The notes beneath the pieces are model-generated. The model searched no databases. It was not told the origin of the DNA and was given only the letters and a program-made list of their open reading frames with translations. DNA of 64,000 bases from an uncultured delta proteobacterium (GTDB taxonomy: Bacteria; Myxococcota_A; Polyangia; Polyangiales; JAFGIB01): the NCBI GenBank assembly GCA_963778655.1, contig CAVZVA010000005.1, forward strand, positions 672,001 to 736,000. Reading direction: 5' to 3'. Position numbers and translations under genes: made by a program. This document shows, in pieces, positions 59,798 through 64,000 of this stretch (the stretch's first letter is position 1; each line of letters starts with the position of its first letter).

Positions 59798-60682
59798 GTG
59801 GCCGACGTCTGGACAGTGCAGCGCATGCTCGGGTGGGTGACCCGGGACTTCGCTGCGCTCGGGTTGGCCACGCCCAGGCTGGATGCGGAGCTGCTCTTGA
59901 GCCACGCGCTCGGCTGCGACCGGGTGCGGCTCTACATGGACATGCAGCGGCCGCTGCTCGCCGCAGAGCTGGACGCGGTGCGCGCGCTGGTCCGGCGGCG
60001 CCGCAAGCGCGAGCCGGTCGCCTACATCCTGGGCCGCCGCGAGTTCTACCGCCGCGAGCTCGAGGTCACCCCGGACGTGCTGGTGCCGCGGCCGGAGACC
60101 GAGCTGCTGGTGGACCGCGCGCTCGACGCGCTGCCGGCGGGCGCGACCCGCGCGCTCGACCTGTGCACCGGCAGCGGTGCGGTCGCGCTGGCGCTGGCGC
60201 TGGAGCGGCCCGGGTTGCATGTGGACGCCACCGACCTCTCGCAAGCCGCGCTGGAGGTAGCCGCGCGCAACCTCGGGCGCTACCAGCTCGGCGAGCGCGT
60301 GCGCTTGTGGCCGGGCGATCTGTTCCAGGCCCTGCCTGCGGGCGCGCGCTATCCGCTGGTGGTGGCCAATCCGCCGTACGTCGGCGAGCGTGAATGGCCG
60401 GAGCTCGCGCCCGAGGTCACGCAGCACGAGCCGCGCAGCGCGCTGCTGGCCGGGGACGACGGGCTCGAGGTACTGCGCCGTCTGTGCGCAGCAGTGGCGG
60501 ACTTCGTCGAGCCGGGCGGCGCGTTGCTGCTCGAGGTGGGCCACGGCCAGGCTCGCGAGGTCGCCGCGCTGCTGCAGGCCGCCGGCGGCTTCGCACCCGC
60601 CAAGCTCCACCGCGACCTCGCCGGCATCGAGCGCATCGTCGAAACCCGCCGCCTGAGCACGGCGAGCGCGCAACAGCCTTGA
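59798..60682 (+). CDS. prmC: Release factor glutamine methyltransferase PrmC/HemK
   Basis: RLDAELLL, EPVAYILG, VLVPRPETE, LDLCTGSG, NPPY, DLAGIER. Confidence 0.96.
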   Translation: MADVWTVQRMLGWVTRDFAALGLATPRLDAELLLSHALGCDRVRLYMDMQRPLLAAELDAVRALVRRRRKREPVAYILGRREFYRRELEVTPDVLVPRPETELLVDRALDALPAGATRALDLCTGSGAVALALALERPGLHVDATDLSQAALEVAARNLGRYQLGERVRLWPGDLFQALPAGARYPLVVANPPYVGEREWPELAPEVTQHEPRSALLAGDDGLEVLRRLCAAVADFVEPGGALLLEVGHGQAREVAALLQAAGGFAPAKLHRDLAGIERIVETRRLSTASAQQP

Positions 60683-60700
60683 AGCAGGCCGGCACGCCCC

Positions 60701-62716
60701 TCAGCGCGCCTTCAGGCGCGCCACGCCTTCGACCAGCGCGAGCAGGGCGAACACCAGCAGCACGTAGGGTGCCAGCGGTTGCTTGACCGTGGCTGCGGAG
60801 CTGGCTCGCGCCGCGCGCAGGCCCCAGCTCTGCACGTCCGGGATGGCCGTGAGGTCGCTTTCCGCGCGCGGGCTCTCGGCCACGAATGCGCCGCGGGGAA
60901 CGTCGGCCAGCACGCCGCGCTCGCCCGCTGCCAGCACGCGATAGGCGCCGGCGCTGTCGGTGGCCGCCAGCTCGACGCTGGTCTTGCCGCGCACGTCGTC
61001 GAAGCGCAGCCGCACCCCCTCGGGCGTGACCACCTCCATGCGCGCTGCGTCGGGCGGCACCGCCAGGCGCACCGGCGCGCCCGCGCTGACCGGTCCGCTG
61101 ATCGCGAGCGATGCGCCCGCGACCTCGCGGATCAACCGTGCCAGCAACGGCAGATAGCCGGGCCGGAACGGCAAGTCGCTCCAGTCCGCGTCGAGGCTCA
61201 CCGCGAGCAACGCGCTGCGCCCGCGGCCGACCGTCGCCTCCGCCAGCGCCGGCGCGCCATCGCTGAAGCGCAGGGGCACCTCGCCGTCGCAATCGAGCAT
61301 CAGCCGCTGGCTGGTCTTGGTCTGCGCGAGACCCGCTGGCCCGGAGGGCAACAGCTGCGAAGGCGGCGGCGGCGCAAAGCCGATCTCGGCGCTCTGCGCC
61401 CGCGCGCGAATGCGGCACGGCAGCAGCTCGGCGAGGGCGGCATTGTATGCGCGCGGCTGAACCTGATCTCCGGCCGCGACGATCAGGCCGCCGCCCTGCT
61501 CCACGAAACGCTGCAGCCGCGCAACCGTGGGCGGGTCGGGAGCCTCCGCATTGGCCAGCACCACCACGTCGACCTGGGCCAGGTCGTACTTGCCGAGCGC
61601 GCTCGCGTCCACGGTGCGCAGCGCCAGGCTGCCTTCGGTGCCGGAGGAGAGGCGCAGCGCCCGCAGCGCGTAGTGCAGCTCGTCGCGGTCGGAGGCCGGA
61701 TGCGGATCGCCGTTGACCAGCATCACCTGCACCGCGTCCGAGGGACGCAGCAACACGCCGGCCACGTTGTCGGCTTCGAGCGCGTCGCTGGCGTCTATGT
61801 GCAGCAGGGCGGTGGGGTCGGCTTCCGGCGAGGGCGTCGGCAGCTCGATCAGCCCGCGCGCCCGCCCCGAGACCAGCTCGAGGCTGGTCTTCGCGATTTC
61901 GCGCCCGCCCGAACGCACGCTGACCGGCACGCGCTCGGGCGCCTCGCCGTAGGCCGCGAGCTCGATCGCGATCGAGGTCTGGTCCTTGACGCTCGGATCG
62001 GGCAGCGCGCGCGCCGAGGTGAAGTAGAGATTCGCGGGCGCGGGAACCGAGCCGATGCGCTCGAGCACGACCTGCACCCCCTCGATGCGCACGTCGGCCG
62101 GCGTGAGCTTGGTGTGGGTGGCGAAGTCGCTCAGCACGAGCACGCGCCGCGTGGTGTAACGCGCCGCCTGCAGCTGCTCGGCGGCGAGCTTCAGCGCCGA
62201 GCCCAGGTCGTTTCCGCGCACGCTCTGCTGAGGCAGGCGGTCGAGCTCGAGCCGCGCCAGGCGCAGGTCGCTGCTGCGGCGCAGCAGCAGCCGCGCGCGC
62301 GCGCCGGCCGCGATCAGCGAGACCTCCGAGCCGGCCGGCAGCGACGCGACCGCCTGGCGCGCGCGCTCCACCGCCGCCTGCAGCAGCGTGGTGGCGCCCT
62401 CGCGGCGCATCATCGACAGCGAGTCGTCGATCACGATCGCGGCGCTGGCGATGCTGCCGTCGCCGAAGCTCAGGCGCGCGGTGGCGTAGGGCGCGGCCAG
62501 GCCGAGGCACGCCGCCACCACCACCGCGACGCGCAGCAGCAGCAGCAGCAGGTCGGTCAGCCCGCGGCTGCGGCGTTTGTGCGTCTCGGCCTTGCGCAGC
62601 AGCGCCAGCGTCGGCAACGGAACCGGTGGCAGATTGCGGCGGCGAATGCGGTGAGCGAGCCACGGCAGCACGGCCGCGGCCAGCCCGAGCAGCGCGAGCG
62701 GTGCCTCTAGGCCCAT
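60701..62716 (-). CDS. BatA N-terminal + vWA domain membrane protein
   Basis: PLALLGLAAAVLPWLAH...LLLLLR (BatA), IDDSLSM MIDAS, VLSDF, FVEQGGGL, WSDLP, ESDL, C-terminal TM. Confidence 0.87.
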   Translation of the reverse strand: MGLEAPLALLGLAAAVLPWLAHRIRRRNLPPVPLPTLALLRKAETHKRRSRGLTDLLLLLLRVAVVVAACLGLAAPYATARLSFGDGSIASAAIVIDDSLSMMRREGATTLLQAAVERARQAVASLPAGSEVSLIAAGARARLLLRRSSDLRLARLELDRLPQQSVRGNDLGSALKLAAEQLQAARYTTRRVLVLSDFATHTKLTPADVRIEGVQVVLERIGSVPAPANLYFTSARALPDPSVKDQTSIAIELAAYGEAPERVPVSVRSGGREIAKTSLELVSGRARGLIELPTPSPEADPTALLHIDASDALEADNVAGVLLRPSDAVQVMLVNGDPHPASDRDELHYALRALRLSSGTEGSLALRTVDASALGKYDLAQVDVVVLANAEAPDPPTVARLQRFVEQGGGLIVAAGDQVQPRAYNAALAELLPCRIRARAQSAEIGFAPPPPSQLLPSGPAGLAQTKTSQRLMLDCDGEVPLRFSDGAPALAEATVGRGRSALLAVSLDADWSDLPFRPGYLPLLARLIREVAGASLAISGPVSAGAPVRLAVPPDAARMEVVTPEGVRLRFDDVRGKTSVELAATDSAGAYRVLAAGERGVLADVPRGAFVAESPRAESDLTAIPDVQSWGLRAARASSAATVKQPLAPYVLLVFALLALVEGVARLKAR

Positions 62717-63624
62717 GCGCGCCGTGTCTTCCGGCTGAGCGCCTCGGCCACGGCCTCCTGCACCGGCGTGTCGGTGCGCGCGAGCACGTAGCGGGCGCCG
62801 GCCGCGGTGCAGCGCTGGCGGCAGCCGACCACGAACGCGTTGACCTCGTCGAGATAGGCCCGGCGCACGGCTTCGGGGTCGGTGTCGAGGCTCTCCTGAC
62901 TCTCGGGGTCGACGAAGCGCATGCGCTCGCCGAACGGAAGCTCGAGCTCGTGGGGATGCAGCACGTGGAACACGATCGTGTCGTGGCCGAGCGCGTGCAG
63001 TCGGCTGAGCGGCTCGAGCGCGGCCGGCGCGAGGTCCAGCAGGTCGCTGGCCAGCACCAGCAGCCCGCGCCGGCCCACGCGCTCGCTGCACGCGCTGAGC
63101 GCGGCCCTGAGATTGGTCTGCTGCGCGCCGGGGGAGGGCGGCTGGCCGAGTAGCCCCAGAATCGCCTCGAGCTGTCCGGGTCGTGCCCGCGCCGGAATGC
63201 TGTCGCGCAGGGTCGCGTCCAGCGTGAGCAGGCCGACGGCATCGCCCTGCCCGAGCAGGATGAACGCCATCGCCGCCAGCAGCGTGGCCGCGTAGCCACG
63301 CTTGTCGAGCTTGGGATCACCGCCGTCGTAGCTCATCGAAGGCGAGACGTCGAACAGCAGGTGGGCGCGCAGGTGCGTCTCTTGCTCGAAGCGCTTGATG
63401 GTGTAGCGGTCGCTGCGCGCGAACGCGCGCCAGTCGAGCAAGCGCAGGTCGTCGCCCGGCCTGTACTCGCGGTGCTCGGCGAAGATCACGCTGGCGCCCC
63501 GGTGCGGGCTGCGATGGATGCCGGAGCGCAGGCCCTCGACCGCGCGGCGCGCGCGCACGCGCAGGTTCGCGACGCGTTGCACGACCTCCTGGTCCAGCAC
63601 CTTGGTGCCGGCCGGGTCGTTCAT
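62707..63624 (-). CDS. DUF58 domain protein
   Basis: GIHRSPHRGASVIFAEHREYRPGDDLRLLDWRAFARSDRYTIKRFEQET. Confidence 0.93.
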   Translation of the reverse strand: MNDPAGTKVLDQEVVQRVANLRVRARRAVEGLRSGIHRSPHRGASVIFAEHREYRPGDDLRLLDWRAFARSDRYTIKRFEQETHLRAHLLFDVSPSMSYDGGDPKLDKRGYAATLLAAMAFILLGQGDAVGLLTLDATLRDSIPARARPGQLEAILGLLGQPPSPGAQQTNLRAALSACSERVGRRGLLVLASDLLDLAPAALEPLSRLHALGHDTIVFHVLHPHELELPFGERMRFVDPESQESLDTDPEAVRRAYLDEVNAFVVGCRQRCTAAGARYVLARTDTPVQEAVAEALSRKTRRAWA

Positions 63625-64000
63625 GCGGAGAGCTCGGCCACGATCACCTTGAGCGCGCTCAGCGACGACACCCCTTCGGCCTCGCCGCGGAAGTTCATGA
63701 CCAGGCGGTGGCGCATGATCGGCGCGACCAGCGCGCGCACGTCCTCGACCTCGGCCGCATAGCGCCCCTCGAGCACCGCGCGCGCCTTCGCACCGAGAAT
63801 CAACGCCTGGCTCGCGCGCGGGCCCGCGCCGAAGCCGACGTAGTGCTTGACCAGCTCGGGCGCGGAAGGGTCCTCAGGTCGCGAGGCACGCACGATCTGC
63901 ACCGCGTGCTCGATCACGTGCGGCGCGACCGGCACGCGCCGCACCAGATCCTGCAGCCACAGGATCTCCGCGCGCGTCAGCACCGAGTCGGGGCCCGCCC
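63621..64000 (-). CDS. MoxR-family AAA+ ATPase, C-terminal part (5' end outside the window)
   Basis: VRRVPV, GAGPRASQALILGAKARA, DVRALVAPIMRHRL lid domain; overlaps the DUF58 start. Confidence 0.88.
   Translation of the reverse strand, partial: AGPDSVLTRAEILWLQDLVRRVPVAPHVIEHAVQIVRASRPEDPSAPELVKHYVGFGAGPRASQALILGAKARAVLEGRYAAEVEDVRALVAPIMRHRLVMNFRGEAEGVSSLSALKVIVAELSA

Overview
This is a very GC-rich, gene-dense chromosomal segment. The gene content points to a myxobacterium (Myxococcota, probably Polyangiales-like): Ser/Thr kinases, a kinase-TPR-GAF-sigma54 enhancer-binding protein, zinc-ribbon/TPR proteins, Cys-rich lipoproteins and a Myxococcus-like PilB. Most of it is core or lineage-typical. 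It holds an XRE-pilMNOPQ-aroKB locus, a lone pilB, rsmA, threonine dehydratase, deoC, sppA, apbE, a double-length uvrA, carA-pyrC, prmC, two MoxR-DUF58 clusters and a DUF4159/vWA pair. I saw no rRNA, tRNA, CRISPR array, transposase, integrase or phage gene. The most unusual signals are mostly non-coding. (1) A near-perfect 109-bp x 4.2 tandem array of multi-hairpin units lies between deoC and a thioredoxin-rhodanese fusion. (2) A dispersed family of GGCGTTGCGCG...CGCGCCTTGCA stem-loops occurs near rsmA and possibly between pilP and pilQ. (3) Eleven GATC sites cluster in about 170 bp next to IHF-like sites downstream of pilB. (4) A helically phased TGTGCC array precedes the enhancer-binding protein. 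(5) Two +1 frameshifts share the context GATTCT and are probably artefacts. The best protein-level candidate for an undescribed system is a trio of exported HEAT-repeat proteins, one with a PQQ-type propeller and a TonB-C-like tail. All family calls come from reading motifs by eye, with no database search.
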